Shown here: piece after piece, positions 1 through 10,639 of the stretch
Position numbering within the stretch: the stretch's first letter is position 1
Layout: the number at the start of each line of letters is the position of its first letter
Assembly: GCA_020355085.1 (NCBI GenBank)
Contig: CP070657.1
Coordinates: 1,967,109-2,025,504, forward strand
Length of the DNA stretch: 58,396 bases
Origin: Deltaproteobacteria bacterium
GTDB lineage: Bacteria; Desulfobacterota; DSM-4660; Desulfatiglandales; B25-G16
Reading direction: 5' to 3'
Translations under genes and position numbers: made by a program
Notes under the pieces: generated by a model
Told to the model about the DNA's origin: nothing
Seen by the model: the letters and a program-made list of their open reading frames with translations, nothing else
Database searches by the model: none

Positions 1-833
1 CCATGGCAAATATGTGGAATTTGCTCGCTGGCTACTCCGGCTTGATATCCCTGTGTCAGCCTGCGTTCATTGGGCTGGCAGGGTACACACTGGTGATATT
101 CACCTGGATCGGGTTGCCCTTTTATCTAGGAATAATATCTGGAGCTCTGGTAGCGGCGGCGTTTGCTTTACTCATATCAGTCCCGGTCTTCAGACTGAGC
201 GGCATCTATTTCGCTATCGGGACACTCGTTATACCTGAAGCACTGAGAATTGTATTTTTTCTTTGGAGACCTGTCGGAGGCGAGCTACACGGTGGGGGTG
301 CGGGCTATATGGTGAAAGGCGTGACCGGGATTTCCATGACAGAGTTTTACTGGTTTGCCCTTGTTATCGGGATTGGGTCGATTTTCCTTATGCGGCTAAT
401 CTTGCGTTCAACGCTGGGATTGGGGCTTGCCTCAATTCGCGATAATGATAGAACTGCTGCCAGTTGCGGGATAGATGTCTTCAGATTGAAGCTGTATTCT
501 TTTATCATTGGCGCCTTTGTAACGGGAATAGCTGGGGGTATCTTTTACATTTATCAAGGATATATAGAGCCGGCAAGTGCCTTCAATATACGGTGGACAA
601 TGATTGTAATGCTCGCAACAGTCATAGGGGGTATGAGTACTGAAGAGGGACCGATTCTTGGAACCGCTATCGTTGTATTCTTGCACTTTCTGCTGGCGAG
701 ATATGCTGGAATAAGCCTGCTTATACAGGGGATAATACTGGTCGGCATAATGCTGCTGGCACCGCAGGGTATTATGGGGTTCATCCGGAAAACCCGCACC
801 TACCGCTCAATGATACAATTAGCTGCCGGGTAA
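1..833 (+). CDS. livM: Branched-chain amino-acid ABC transporter permease (LivM-type), 5' end outside window
   Basis: ORF reaches the window edge. The translation is multi-TM and contains GYSGLISLCQPAFIGLAGYT, matching the LivM core motif GQISLGHAAFxGIGAYT. The N-terminal part is missing. Confidence 0.75.
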   Translation, partial: MANMWNLLAGYSGLISLCQPAFIGLAGYTLVIFTWIGLPFYLGIISGALVAAAFALLISVPVFRLSGIYFAIGTLVIPEALRIVFFLWRPVGGELHGGGAGYMVKGVTGISMTEFYWFALVIGIGSIFLMRLILRSTLGLGLASIRDNDRTAASCGIDVFRLKLYSFIIGAFVTGIAGGIFYIYQGYIEPASAFNIRWTMIVMLATVIGGMSTEEGPILGTAIVVFLHFLLARYAGISLLIQGIILVGIMLLAPQGIMGFIRKTRTYRSMIQLAAG

Positions 834-1170
834 TGAACTCATGCTCCCTTCTACCACCATCTGAGAGGATGGTGCCTCTGCCGTTCTTTCTGGCTCATGT
901 CTATCTTGTCCGTCCTCATAATAGGGTACCTTAATACAGCCGGCAGAGGGCACTGCTTTATGAAGTTAACACCTCTTTTTCCGGACTTCCTGGCAAAAAG
1001 GTTTTCTATAATGGTTTATTTTATGCAACAATTGCTCCTTGATTGAACTGTTTCACTTGCTAGTTAGGATTCGGGCCTAGAAGTGAGAAATAGAGATAAA
1101 GCAAAAGATAAAAGAACAACATGCTAGGCAAATTGAAAACAAATGTGACACATGCAAAGGAGAAACATAT

Positions 1171-3108
1171 ATGAACCTGAAAAACACCGCGAGAGTTGCT
1201 GAACCTTTTGCTCATGCGCAGATACAAGCGGGTGGACAGAAAGAAAAAATCGTATACTCCTTCTGCGACGGCTGCAACGAGGTCCCATTCTGCGGCATAA
1301 AGTTCTTCAAAAGGGGCGATGTGCTAACCCGCATAGAATCGTGGCCTGGGTTTCCCAACTCCCCCCTTTGCTCCAAGGGTTATGCCACGCTCCAACGCGA
1401 GTACAACCCAAACCGACTCACGTGTCCTATGAAACGCAGCAATCCGAAAGGCTCACCTGATCCGGGATTCATGCGTATTTCCTGGGATGAGGCCTATGAT
1501 ACGATTGTAGATCATTTGAGGCGAATCAAAGAGGAACATGGTCCCCACAGCGTTTTCTTCTATGTCGGTGATCCTAAAGAGCCACGGGCCGCTGTGCAAC
1601 GCTTGGCCGCCCTTTACGGCTCGCCCAACTACGGCACTGAGAGTTCCACTGCCTGCCGAAGGGCTGCCCAGTTGGCTGAATTGCTGACCTATGGATTTCC
1701 AACTACGGGTAACCTCCCTACAGAGGAAACAAAGGTGATGCTCATCTGGGGAACGAATCCTGCCTATTCCGGCAGCCCGTACATGTGCCACGGAGAGCTT
1801 GCGGACGCCAAGGAGCGGGGTACTCAGTTCATCGTGGTAGATCCTCGGATCACCCCAACTGCCGGAACCCTAGCTGACATTCGTCTTAGGCCTCGCCCTG
1901 CCACAACCGCAGCACTTGCTGCAGGCATGATGCATGTCATCTTCAAAGAAGGGCTTCATGATGAGGAATTCTGTGAGAACTGGATCCATGGAATCGAGGA
2001 GCTAAAGTACTATGTCAAGGAGTTCACCCCACAAAGAACCGAAAAGATTACCTGGGTACCGGCCAAAAAGATCATTGAGGCAGCTCGCCTTTATGCCAAT
2101 AACCGGCCCGGTGGTTTGATGGTGGGTGCCCAAGGAACCACCCATGACTTAAATGCCACCAACAACCATCGGGCCATATTGATGGTTCCTGCCGTGTGCG
2201 GCTATATTGATATTCCGGGTGGAATCATGAAGCCCACCGCTCCCTTGGAAGGAATAGGCCGTAACTGGGCTGATGGGCCCCCAGGGTTTTGCCTCAGGGA
2301 GACAATGAATCAGATGAGGGATCATCGACTGGACCTCACAGTCTTCCCTGTTTGGGTGGAGAAATTCCATGAGGTCCAAACCAACTATCTTGTTGAGTGG
2401 ATACATGAGGGAAAGATCAAGGCCTTTCTCGGGTGGGGGTTCAATGCCATGATCTGGCCCCAGTCGCACGAATACCAGAAGGCCATTGAGAGCCTCGAGT
2501 TTGCCATGGCTGTTGACTACTTCTACCGTCCCTGGACCCACCAGTATGTGGATCTCGTACTGCCGGCAGCCATGAATTACGAGCGATTGGCCCCCTTCGC
2601 CTTCTTCGACCGCCACATCTTTGGTCGCACTCCTGTCACACCCATTGGCGAGTGCAAAGAGGACTGGCAGATCGCGCTTGAGATCGGTGCGCGATTAGGA
2701 GACCCTGAAACCTTCTTTAACGGCAACGTTGAGGCGGCCTGCAACGATATCCTGAAGATGTGGGGGCTCAGCTATGATGATTTGAGGAAAAACCAGGAAG
2801 AAGGGATCCTCGTGCCACCAGAGACTCCTGAGGTGTTTAAGAAATACGAAACAGGTAAGATGCGGCCCGACGGGAAACCGGGCTTTCCAACGCCCACGGA
2901 AAAGGTGGAGGCGGTCTCAACAGAGTTGCAAAAACACGGGTATCCAGCGCTGCCCGAGTATAAAGAACCTCTTCAAACCACCGAGGACTTTCCTCTGATC
3001 TTGATTTCCGGCTCTCGAGTCCCCTATATAACCCATAGCAAGTGGCGAGACGACGCACCGTGGCTTCTGGAGCTCCAGCGAGAACCCCTGGTGACGATCC
3101 ACCCCTAA
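1171..3108 (+). CDS. Molybdopterin (Mo/W-bisPGD) oxidoreductase catalytic subunit, first 645 codons up to an in-frame TAA
   Basis: N-terminal Cys cluster FCDGCNEVPFCG...CSKG (4Fe-4S type) followed by a DMSO-reductase-family body. No twin-arginine signal. RBS AAGGAG lies upstream of the ATG. The ORF ends at TAA 3106-3108, in the same frame as 3145..3336. Confidence 0.85.
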   Translation: MNLKNTARVAEPFAHAQIQAGGQKEKIVYSFCDGCNEVPFCGIKFFKRGDVLTRIESWPGFPNSPLCSKGYATLQREYNPNRLTCPMKRSNPKGSPDPGFMRISWDEAYDTIVDHLRRIKEEHGPHSVFFYVGDPKEPRAAVQRLAALYGSPNYGTESSTACRRAAQLAELLTYGFPTTGNLPTEETKVMLIWGTNPAYSGSPYMCHGELADAKERGTQFIVVDPRITPTAGTLADIRLRPRPATTAALAAGMMHVIFKEGLHDEEFCENWIHGIEELKYYVKEFTPQRTEKITWVPAKKIIEAARLYANNRPGGLMVGAQGTTHDLNATNNHRAILMVPAVCGYIDIPGGIMKPTAPLEGIGRNWADGPPGFCLRETMNQMRDHRLDLTVFPVWVEKFHEVQTNYLVEWIHEGKIKAFLGWGFNAMIWPQSHEYQKAIESLEFAMAVDYFYRPWTHQYVDLVLPAAMNYERLAPFAFFDRHIFGRTPVTPIGECKEDWQIALEIGARLGDPETFFNGNVEAACNDILKMWGLSYDDLRKNQEEGILVPPETPEVFKKYETGKMRPDGKPGFPTPTEKVEAVSTELQKHGYPALPEYKEPLQTTEDFPLILISGSRVPYITHSKWRDDAPWLLELQREPLVTIHP

Positions 3109-3144
3109 GACGCATCAAAAAGGGCTATTGCCAAGGGAGATGCG

Positions 3145-3336
3145 GTGAGCCTGAAAACGGCATACGGACACATCCATGCTAAGGCCAAGCCCACCATTAT
3201 GGTTCCCCCCGGCGTGGTGGGCATTATGCACGGATGGGCAAAGGCGAATGTGAATGAACTGATACCCAGACAGTTCGACCCCATCTCGGGATTTCCCCCC
3301 TTTAAGGAGGTCCCCTGCGAGGTGGCGAAAAGCTGA
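3145..3336 (+). CDS. C-terminal molybdopterin dinucleotide-binding domain fragment of the preceding oxidoreductase (same frame; sense reading resumes at 3109)
   Basis: Read-through gives ...LVTIHP*DASKRAIAKGDAVSLKTAYGHIHAKAKPT...PGVVGIMHGW. This is the canonical domain IV signature (xxPxDAxxxGIxxGDxVxV). Both pieces are in frame 1. Confidence 0.7.
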   Translation: MSLKTAYGHIHAKAKPTIMVPPGVVGIMHGWAKANVNELIPRQFDPISGFPPFKEVPCEVAKS

Positions 3337-3371
3337 CCCCATACAAATAAAGAGAGGAGGAAACGCGCATC

Positions 3372-4025
3372 ATGGCCCGCTATGGGATACACGTTGACCT
3401 GAACCGGTGTACAGGCTGTATGACATGTGTCATAGCCTGCAAGGAGGAGAATCTTACGCCGCCCAAGGTATGGTGGCAGAGGATATTGGAGCTAGAGAGC
3501 GAGCCGCAGGATCAGATCGTCTATTTCCGGCTTGCCTGCATGCATTGCGATGAGCCCCCTTGTGTACCGGCCTGTCCGGAACGGGCGATTTACAGGAATC
3601 CGGATGGAGTTGTCCTGATCGATCATGAAAAATGCCAGGGCCACGGTGAGTGCCTTAAGGCCTGCCCTTACAGCGTGATCGATGTGAATCCCGATGAGAA
3701 TTATTTTCCCGGAAAAATCATACAATACGAGTACAAGCCGGATACCTACCGGGTCCATCCCCCTGGAAAGGCATCAAAATGCACGCTCTGCATACATCGA
3801 ATTGAGCAGGGAAGAGAGCCTGCTTGCGTTGCAGCGTGCCCTTCAAAGGTTATGATTTTTGGCGATCTGGACGATCCCCAAAGTCCCATTCAAAAGAAGC
3901 TTCCACAATCGGTGGAGCTACTTCCATCGCACGGGGCCAAACCCCGGGTCTTCTATATGATTCCGGGGAATCTATCAGAAGAGATAGAGCAAAGAGTAAC
4001 GGAAAACCCGCACATGGATCGGTAG
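3372..4025 (+). CDS. 4Fe-4S ferredoxin-type electron-transfer subunit (DmsB/PsrB/NrfC-like)
   Basis: Four Cys clusters: CTGCMTCVIAC, CMHCDEPPCVPACP, CQGHGECLKACP, CTLC...CVAACP. RBS GGAGGA upstream. The gene lies directly downstream of the Mo subunit. Confidence 0.88.
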   Translation: MARYGIHVDLNRCTGCMTCVIACKEENLTPPKVWWQRILELESEPQDQIVYFRLACMHCDEPPCVPACPERAIYRNPDGVVLIDHEKCQGHGECLKACPYSVIDVNPDENYFPGKIIQYEYKPDTYRVHPPGKASKCTLCIHRIEQGREPACVAACPSKVMIFGDLDDPQSPIQKKLPQSVELLPSHGAKPRVFYMIPGNLSEEIEQRVTENPHMDR

Positions 4026-4118
4026 TGTTGTGCTAATGGTAAGCTGAAAAAGGAAAACGTAGTCCTTTTACAGATACCCTCGTGCGCCGTGAAAAGCGGC
4101 ACTGGATTCCCGCCGAAA

Positions 4119-4147
4119 TTGACAATCGAACATAGATGCCATAGTAT
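4119..4147 (+). promoter_or_regulatory. Putative sigma70-type promoter for lipA (TTGACA-N17-TAGTAT)
   Basis: Perfect -35 hexamer at 4119-4124, a 17-nt spacer, and TAGTAT at 4142-4147, about 48 nt upstream of the lipA ATG. Confidence 0.4.
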
Positions 4148-4194
4148 TATGTTTAAAAGCCCATTTTCGTAAATCTGTTAATGATATAGGTTTC

Positions 4195-5145
4195 ATGTCC
4201 TTATCTGGAACAAAACCCGCGTGGCTGAGGCGCAGGCTTCCCCCGAGCGGCCAAAGCGCGGCCGTAGTGGCCGCCATAAAAAACAGAGGCCTTCATACCG
4301 TATGCGAGGGGGCACGGTGTCCCAATCAACTGGAGTGCTTCGCCGCAGGCACAGCCACGTTCCTCTTGCTCGGTCCCAGCTGCACGAGACATTGCACCTT
4401 TTGTGCGGTGGACAAGTCACCGGTTCATGTACCGGACCCCGAAGAGCCGCTCCACACCGCCGAGGCAGTGGCTGAGATGAAATTGAAATTCTGCGTGGTG
4501 ACCATGGTTACGAGGGACGACCTTCCCGATGGTGGGGCCCAGCACGTTGCCCGGACTATTGAGACAATACGCGAAAAGAGCCCCGGTTCCGGAATAGAAG
4601 TCCTCATCTCGGATCTGGGCGGCAAGTGGGCTGCCCTGGAAATGGTATTAACTGCGATGCCTGACGTACTCAACCACAACCTTGAAACAGTACCGCGGCT
4701 ATATTCCCAGGTTCGGCCTCAGGCGAATTACCATCGGTCATTGCAGCTTTTGGGCCGAGCACGTTCACATGCTCCGTCCCTTGTTACGAAATCAGGCCTC
4801 ATGTTAGGTCTAGGAGAGGAAAAGGATGAGGTTCTGGAGGTTATGGGCGATCTCCGGCAGGCCGGCTGCAACGTGCTTACGTTGGGTCAGTACCTTGCCC
4901 CTTCCGAGCTTCATCACCCGGTGGTTCGTTATGTCCCACCAGAAGAATTTGCAGAATACGAGGCTCATGCCCTACAGCGGGGATTTGCCGGCGTGGCCAG
5001 CGCTCCTTTGGTAAGAAGCTCCTATCGAGCCGAGGAGCTTTACCAGTCTGCACGCCAACAGCTTAACCCCTGGATAAAGTTTATGTCCCCAGAGCATGCA
5101 AAGAGAGATCCTTCATATTGGCCTAAGGAGACCGAGGAATGGTGA
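4195..5145 (+). CDS. lipA: Lipoyl synthase
   Basis: Contains CEGARCPNQLEC and the radical-SAM motif CTRHCTFCAV, both diagnostic of LipA. 316 aa with a short C-terminal extension. Confidence 0.93.
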   Translation: MSLSGTKPAWLRRRLPPSGQSAAVVAAIKNRGLHTVCEGARCPNQLECFAAGTATFLLLGPSCTRHCTFCAVDKSPVHVPDPEEPLHTAEAVAEMKLKFCVVTMVTRDDLPDGGAQHVARTIETIREKSPGSGIEVLISDLGGKWAALEMVLTAMPDVLNHNLETVPRLYSQVRPQANYHRSLQLLGRARSHAPSLVTKSGLMLGLGEEKDEVLEVMGDLRQAGCNVLTLGQYLAPSELHHPVVRYVPPEEFAEYEAHALQRGFAGVASAPLVRSSYRAEELYQSARQQLNPWIKFMSPEHAKRDPSYWPKETEEW

Positions 5146-5615
5146 TACGCCCCAAGGTTTACATGAATGAGGAACACGGGGTCGTCAAAGAAATACAGGG
5201 CAGCAAGGCGTTGGTACTAACGGACAGGCAATCCATGTGTGGCGAGTGCGTGGCTCGTGGCTGCTGTCATATGCTCGGCGGAGGAAAGGAAATGCTCACC
5301 GAGGCTACCAACTCCGTTGGTGCCAAGGCGGGAGACTTCGTAAAGATAGGAATTCCCGAGGGGACCGTTACCAAGGCCTCTCTGGTTGTTTACATGGTGC
5401 CGACTTTAGGCCTCGTGGGTGGAGGTACGCTCGGCTACCTTATTGCTCTGCCCATTGGTTTTGATATCAATATACTGACTCTGGTTGGCAGCATTGTGGG
5501 GTTAGGGATTGCATTTACGGCGGTTAGGCTCTTGAGCAATACGTTGAGCAAAAAACCCTCCTATCGGCTTGAAATCATAGAGATCATTGCCTCTGACCAT
5601 CCGGCAGGAGACTAA
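5139..5615 (+). CDS. RseC/MucC family (SoxR-reducing system) membrane protein
   Basis: N-terminal Cys motif CGECVARGCC followed by two C-terminal TM helices, the typical RseC layout. AAGGAG RBS. The start overlaps the lipA stop by 7 nt. Confidence 0.7.
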   Translation: MVIRPKVYMNEEHGVVKEIQGSKALVLTDRQSMCGECVARGCCHMLGGGKEMLTEATNSVGAKAGDFVKIGIPEGTVTKASLVVYMVPTLGLVGGGTLGYLIALPIGFDINILTLVGSIVGLGIAFTAVRLLSNTLSKKPSYRLEIIEIIASDHPAGD

Positions 5616-5709
5616 GATCGCCTTCAGTGAACGAGTTCGGTGATCGTCTCTGCGTTAACTTCCCTTTCGCATTTCGATTGGACCTCGAAACTCCCTCCCT
5701 TTTGGGCGC

Positions 5710-6921
5710 TCAGTCGTGATTATCTTTCTCGACCGCATCTATGAGCAACTCCTTGATGTTCGGTACCGCTGAGAGCACCCTGTTCCAATTGGGTATGTGA
5801 GGGACTTCGAATGGTGTTTCGAGAAACTGTTGCCCAGCGCTCACAATGCACTGAACGAACGCCTCGGCGGAACTGTCCTCCCTGTGTCTGTCATAATCCA
5901 GCCCGTTGATCTCGGAATCACACTCATAACGAGCAATCAGGTCTTGTGCGATTCTCAGGTAACTCGCTCTTAATGTGACAAAAAACTCGTTGGTGAGGGT
6001 GTACCCCATGCTCGCCATGGTCCTGAATATGGATTTAGCGATGTCGGTCCCCATCTTCAGCAAACCTTTGTTGGGATCCCCCAGCGTCAGTGGTTGGTGC
6101 TTATGTTCATAATTGTCGGAAAGGTCTACCTGGCAGATTCTCCGCAGCGCACAATTCCTGTGGATTTCAGCGAGAACCCCAACCTCCAAACCCCAGTCGC
6201 CGGGGATTCTAATGAGGCGTGCCAAATCTACATCCATTGAAAACTCCCCAGCCAGTATGTACCTGAAACTGTCTAGGTAATCCAAGAACTGATTCGAACC
6301 CAGGGTCTCTTTCAAGGCCCTAATAAGAGGTGCCACGAATATCCTGGTCACCCTCCCGTGCATCTGATCTGTAACCCTGCTGTAGTAGCCCTTACAGAAG
6401 GTAAACCCGATGTTCGGATGGGCCACGGGGTAACTGAGCCGGGCAAGGAGATCCCTATTGTAACTGACGATATCGCAATCGTGCAGCACAATGACCTGAC
6501 TGTCTTCCAGGGCTAGAATATACCCATAGGCAACCCAGGCGGACCTTCCCTTGCCGTCCTCGCCCACATTGATTCCCTCTCCAGCAAGCAAAGCATAGAG
6601 ATTTTCGAGGCTCGGCCCGGTGCACCAGATCAGTTTCGGTCTCTGAGGCAACACGGAAAAGAATTGCTTTGCCTGGTTGAACTCCTCAGCGTTTGCCCTC
6701 CCAACGGTGACAATAATATTCTTGAGGTACGACACGTGCCGGAGTTCCTCGACTATCTTTGGAAGACCAGGCCCCTGAAGCTCTACTGGTATGTAGGGAA
6801 GCACAAGGGAAACAGGCCTGTGCCTTGTGGCCTCTACGAGCTCAGCCTCCAGTTCTGGAAGATCCCTCTGTTTGAGCCGATGAAAGGTTGCGATCTCGCC
6901 GTTTTGAAAGAAATCAGACAT
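5710..6921 (-). CDS. Glycosyltransferase resembling glucosyl-/mannosyl-3-phosphoglycerate synthase
   Basis: 403 aa. The N-terminus MSDFFQNGEIATFHRL resembles, from my memory, the DFHQNGxITTLH start of GpgS-type enzymes. GGAGG RBS upstream. Confidence 0.5.
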   Translation of the reverse strand: MSDFFQNGEIATFHRLKQRDLPELEAELVEATRHRPVSLVLPYIPVELQGPGLPKIVEELRHVSYLKNIIVTVGRANAEEFNQAKQFFSVLPQRPKLIWCTGPSLENLYALLAGEGINVGEDGKGRSAWVAYGYILALEDSQVIVLHDCDIVSYNRDLLARLSYPVAHPNIGFTFCKGYYSRVTDQMHGRVTRIFVAPLIRALKETLGSNQFLDYLDSFRYILAGEFSMDVDLARLIRIPGDWGLEVGVLAEIHRNCALRRICQVDLSDNYEHKHQPLTLGDPNKGLLKMGTDIAKSIFRTMASMGYTLTNEFFVTLRASYLRIAQDLIARYECDSEINGLDYDRHREDSSAEAFVQCIVSAGQQFLETPFEVPHIPNWNRVLSAVPNIKELLIDAVEKDNHD

Positions 6922-7013
6922 CCCTTCTTCCTCCTCCCTCTGATAATTGCAGGCTGTTCTTAAGGTGAGTCTGAGAACAAGTAACTCACTATGGCTTGTG
7001 ATGAGGCAACGAG

Positions 7014-7376
7014 TTAAAAGGAGTCATCGCCTGTGGTCGAATCGAAATCGTATCCGGCTTTTTTGTAGTTCTCTAAGGCACGCTCTTTGAGCAGATTATC
7101 ATGTGTCTTATGGGAGTATTTATCGGCAAGCTCTGCGGCATGACTATGCATGCCCGCCATTTCAAACTCTTTCACTTCTTTTTCTACTTTGGAGTATTCC
7201 TCCGACGGTTCAACAACGGCGGCGTGACAACGTGAAATGATCCTTCTGACCCTTTCCCCACAGCGGGGGCATTGGGAAAGAGGTTTCTCATTCACACCTT
7301 GGATGTGCTCAAAGGTTGCCCGGCAACTTGCGCACCCCTTCTCCGGATCCTCAGCCTGGTATTCGTAAATTGGCAT
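7014..7376 (-). CDS. FmdB-family zinc-ribbon protein
   Basis: MPIYEYQ...CASC...CPRCG is the FmdB/CxxC-x-CxxC signature. It has an acidic C-terminal extension. Confidence 0.8.
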   Translation of the reverse strand: MPIYEYQAEDPEKGCASCRATFEHIQGVNEKPLSQCPRCGERVRRIISRCHAAVVEPSEEYSKVEKEVKEFEMAGMHSHAAELADKYSHKTHDNLLKERALENYKKAGYDFDSTTGDDSF

Positions 7377-7505
7377 TCGCGTTATTCCCGTTTGTTGTTA
7401 CCAATGATATCATAGATTTCGACTATAGGCTAGCATGACCGCAAAACCCTCCAAATATTGATCCCACCATGGAGACAATACCCCATTATCAGGTGCAAAT
7501 CCCAA

Positions 7506-7533
7506 TTGACATTTTACCTTGAGAGACTTATAT
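7506..7533 (+). promoter_or_regulatory. Putative sigma70-type promoter upstream of rplU (TTGACA-N16-TTATAT)
   Basis: Hexamers read directly from the sequence, about 100 nt upstream of rplU. Confidence 0.35.
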
Positions 7534-7635
7534 AGAGGCCTCTCAAGTGTAACCCATGGAGAGGCAAGGTTTCCTATTGACTTTCCGAAGCTATTACGGT
7601 AGCTTATATTTGTTCTGAAACATTGGAGGGTTAGA

Positions 7636-7947
7636 ATGTACGCAGTCATCCAAACAGGCGGCAAACAATTTAGAGTGACGCCGGGTGAGGATCTGAATGT
7701 TGAAAAACTAGATGGCAGAGTGGGAGATACTATTCTTTTTGATAAGGTGCTGCTTGTCTGCAAAAACGATGAGGTAACGGTAGGTAAGCCTATCGTGGAA
7801 AACGCCAAGGTGCATGCCAAGATTACCCAACAGGCAAGAGCTCCAAAGATAATTGTCTTCAAATATAAGAAGAGGAAGGGATACAGAAAAAAGCAAGGCC
7901 ACAGACAAGGCTTCACGGGGGTACGGATCACTCAGATTGAAGTATAG
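7636..7947 (+). CDS. rplU: 50S ribosomal protein L21
   Basis: Starts MYAVIQTGGKQFRV. Confidence 0.97.
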   Translation: MYAVIQTGGKQFRVTPGEDLNVEKLDGRVGDTILFDKVLLVCKNDEVTVGKPIVENAKVHAKITQQARAPKIIVFKYKKRKGYRKKQGHRQGFTGVRITQIEV

Positions 7948-8024
7948 GCGTGATTCCTTTCATTGTTAGTTCTGACCCTTTTTTCCCACAGATATAATTC
8001 ACTATGTAGAAAAGGGAGATAGAA

Positions 8025-8279
8025 ATGGCACATAAAAAGGCGGGCGGTAGTTCAAGGAATGGCAGAGACAGCCCGGGACAGAGGCTGGGTGTGAAAAGAT
8101 TTGGCGGCCAGTTTGTCAGAGCCGGCTCGATCATCGTCAGACAGAGAGGCACAAGCATACACCCCGGGAATAATGTGGGCGTCGGAAAGGATTATACGCT
8201 GTTCGCGAAGATCGATGGGATAGTCACCTTTGACAGATCAGGGAAGTATAAAAAGCAGGTGCATGTCTATGCCCCCTAG
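8025..8279 (+). CDS. rpmA: 50S ribosomal protein L27
   Basis: Starts [16 protein letters not shown]. Confidence 0.97.
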   Translation: MAHKKAGGSSRNGRDSPGQRLGVKRFGGQFVRAGSIIVRQRGTSIHPGNNVGVGKDYTLFAKIDGIVTFDRSGKYKKQVHVYAP

Positions 8280-8408
8280 CAACTGTACGCTTGTGGAAAA
8301 AAACTATGCTGGTTGCTCGTTGCATGGTTTCGATCTTTTGTCAAGAAGATAAGTAACTGAAAGGCATGATTTAGACGAAGAAAAGGCGCTAGAAGCTGGT
8401 TACCATGA

Positions 8409-9443
<1,035 letters not shown>

Positions 9444-9463
9444 CATCTTATTTCGCTTAAGAA

Positions 9464-10600
9464 ATGGATTTACGGAAGGGAATAGTAGACTCGGTAAAAA
9501 GGGTCGTCATTAAGATCGGAAGTGGGGCTCTGACCACAGAGGAAGGCTTGAATCTCGAGGTAATAGATGCCCTGAGCGAGGATATAAGCTTCCTTATGAA
9601 AACCAAAGGCCTTGAGGTCATTCTGGTTTCCTCAGGTGCCATCGCCTCTGGGATAAAAAAGATGGGTTATACCCAAAGACCACAGTCAATAGCGCAACAG
9701 CAGGCAGCGGCTGCAATCGGCCAGAGTACGCTTATGCTTGCCTATGAGGAGGCCTTTCAAAAGCACGGCCAAAAGGTGGCCCAGATTCTGGTAACCAGGG
9801 ACGATCTTACCCATCGGAAACGGTATCTCAATACCCGGAACACCCTCTTTACCTTGCTGCATTGGAAGGTTATACCCATCATCAATGAAAACGACACCGT
9901 TGTCGTAGATGAAATCAAATTCGGGGACAACGACAATCTGAGCGCTATGATCGCTAACCTCGCTGCGGCAAATCTCGTTATTAACTTCACCAGTATAGAT
10001 GGTTTCTATGATCATGATCCTCGAGTCAACAAAGAAGCCCGTCTGATTCCCATTGTTGAAAAAGTGACCGGCAAATTGGAAAGGGAAGCCAGCTCTATCC
10101 CGGGCGCTCTGGGAAAGGGCGGCATGGAAAGCAAGCTCAAGGCAGCGAAGCGGGTGGCCATGTGTGGAATTCCGACTATTATCACTAATGGCCTGAATAG
10201 GAATATTATCCGCGTGATCTTTGAAGGCAAGAACGTAGGCACGCTCTTTCTGCCTCAGCCGATTCCGATGAAGAGCCGAAAGCACTGGATTGCCTTTACA
10301 AAATCGCCGAAAGGAAAGATAATGGTCGACAAAGGAGCCGAAGATGCCCTGGTTCAAAAGGGTAAAAGCTTGCTACCCTCTGGCGTGGTTGCAGTTTTTG
10401 GGAGGTTTGCCCTTGGAAACTCAGTAACTATAGTGAATGAAAAAGAGAAAAGCCTGGCTGTTGGCCTGGTCAATTATGAATCAACAGATTTAGAGAGAAT
10501 TAAGGGACTGAAAACCACAGAAATAGAAAAGGTGCTCGGATACAAACATTACGACGAGGTCGTTCACAAAGATAATCTCGTGTTGATCACTACCTCCTGA
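9464..10600 (+). CDS. proB: Glutamate 5-kinase (with PUA domain)
   Basis: VVIKIGSGALT kinase N-terminus and a C-terminal PUA-like segment. 378 aa. Confidence 0.93.
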   Translation: MDLRKGIVDSVKRVVIKIGSGALTTEEGLNLEVIDALSEDISFLMKTKGLEVILVSSGAIASGIKKMGYTQRPQSIAQQQAAAAIGQSTLMLAYEEAFQKHGQKVAQILVTRDDLTHRKRYLNTRNTLFTLLHWKVIPIINENDTVVVDEIKFGDNDNLSAMIANLAAANLVINFTSIDGFYDHDPRVNKEARLIPIVEKVTGKLEREASSIPGALGKGGMESKLKAAKRVAMCGIPTIITNGLNRNIIRVIFEGKNVGTLFLPQPIPMKSRKHWIAFTKSPKGKIMVDKGAEDALVQKGKSLLPSGVVAVFGRFALGNSVTIVNEKEKSLAVGLVNYESTDLERIKGLKTTEIEKVLGYKHYDEVVHKDNLVLITTS

Positions 10601-10639
10601 GGATACCTGGTGCTCGTCGGCCCTACACGACCTGAAAAG

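Noticed and set aside
991-1012. Sigma-54 promoter (TGGCA-N-TTTTC) upstream of the Mo oxidoreductase
   Set aside because: The -24 GG is present but the -12 element lacks the GC dinucleotide. A TATAAT at 1007-1012 exists but has no convincing -35. The evidence is too weak to call.
3106-3108. Selenocysteine recoding in the Mo oxidoreductase
   Set aside because: The interrupting codon is TAA, not TGA. It also lies at the domain III/IV junction rather than at the metal-ligand position, which is a Cys (STAC) here.
9686-10357. 223-aa antisense ORF inside proB, with similar long antisense ORFs at 7410-7931, 17887-18228, 18529-19131, 19171-19767, 35524-36231 and 50279-51109
   Set aside because: Each lies entirely opposite a confidently identified gene and has a low-complexity or Arg/Pro/Ser-rich composition with no motifs. 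These are typical shadow ORFs.
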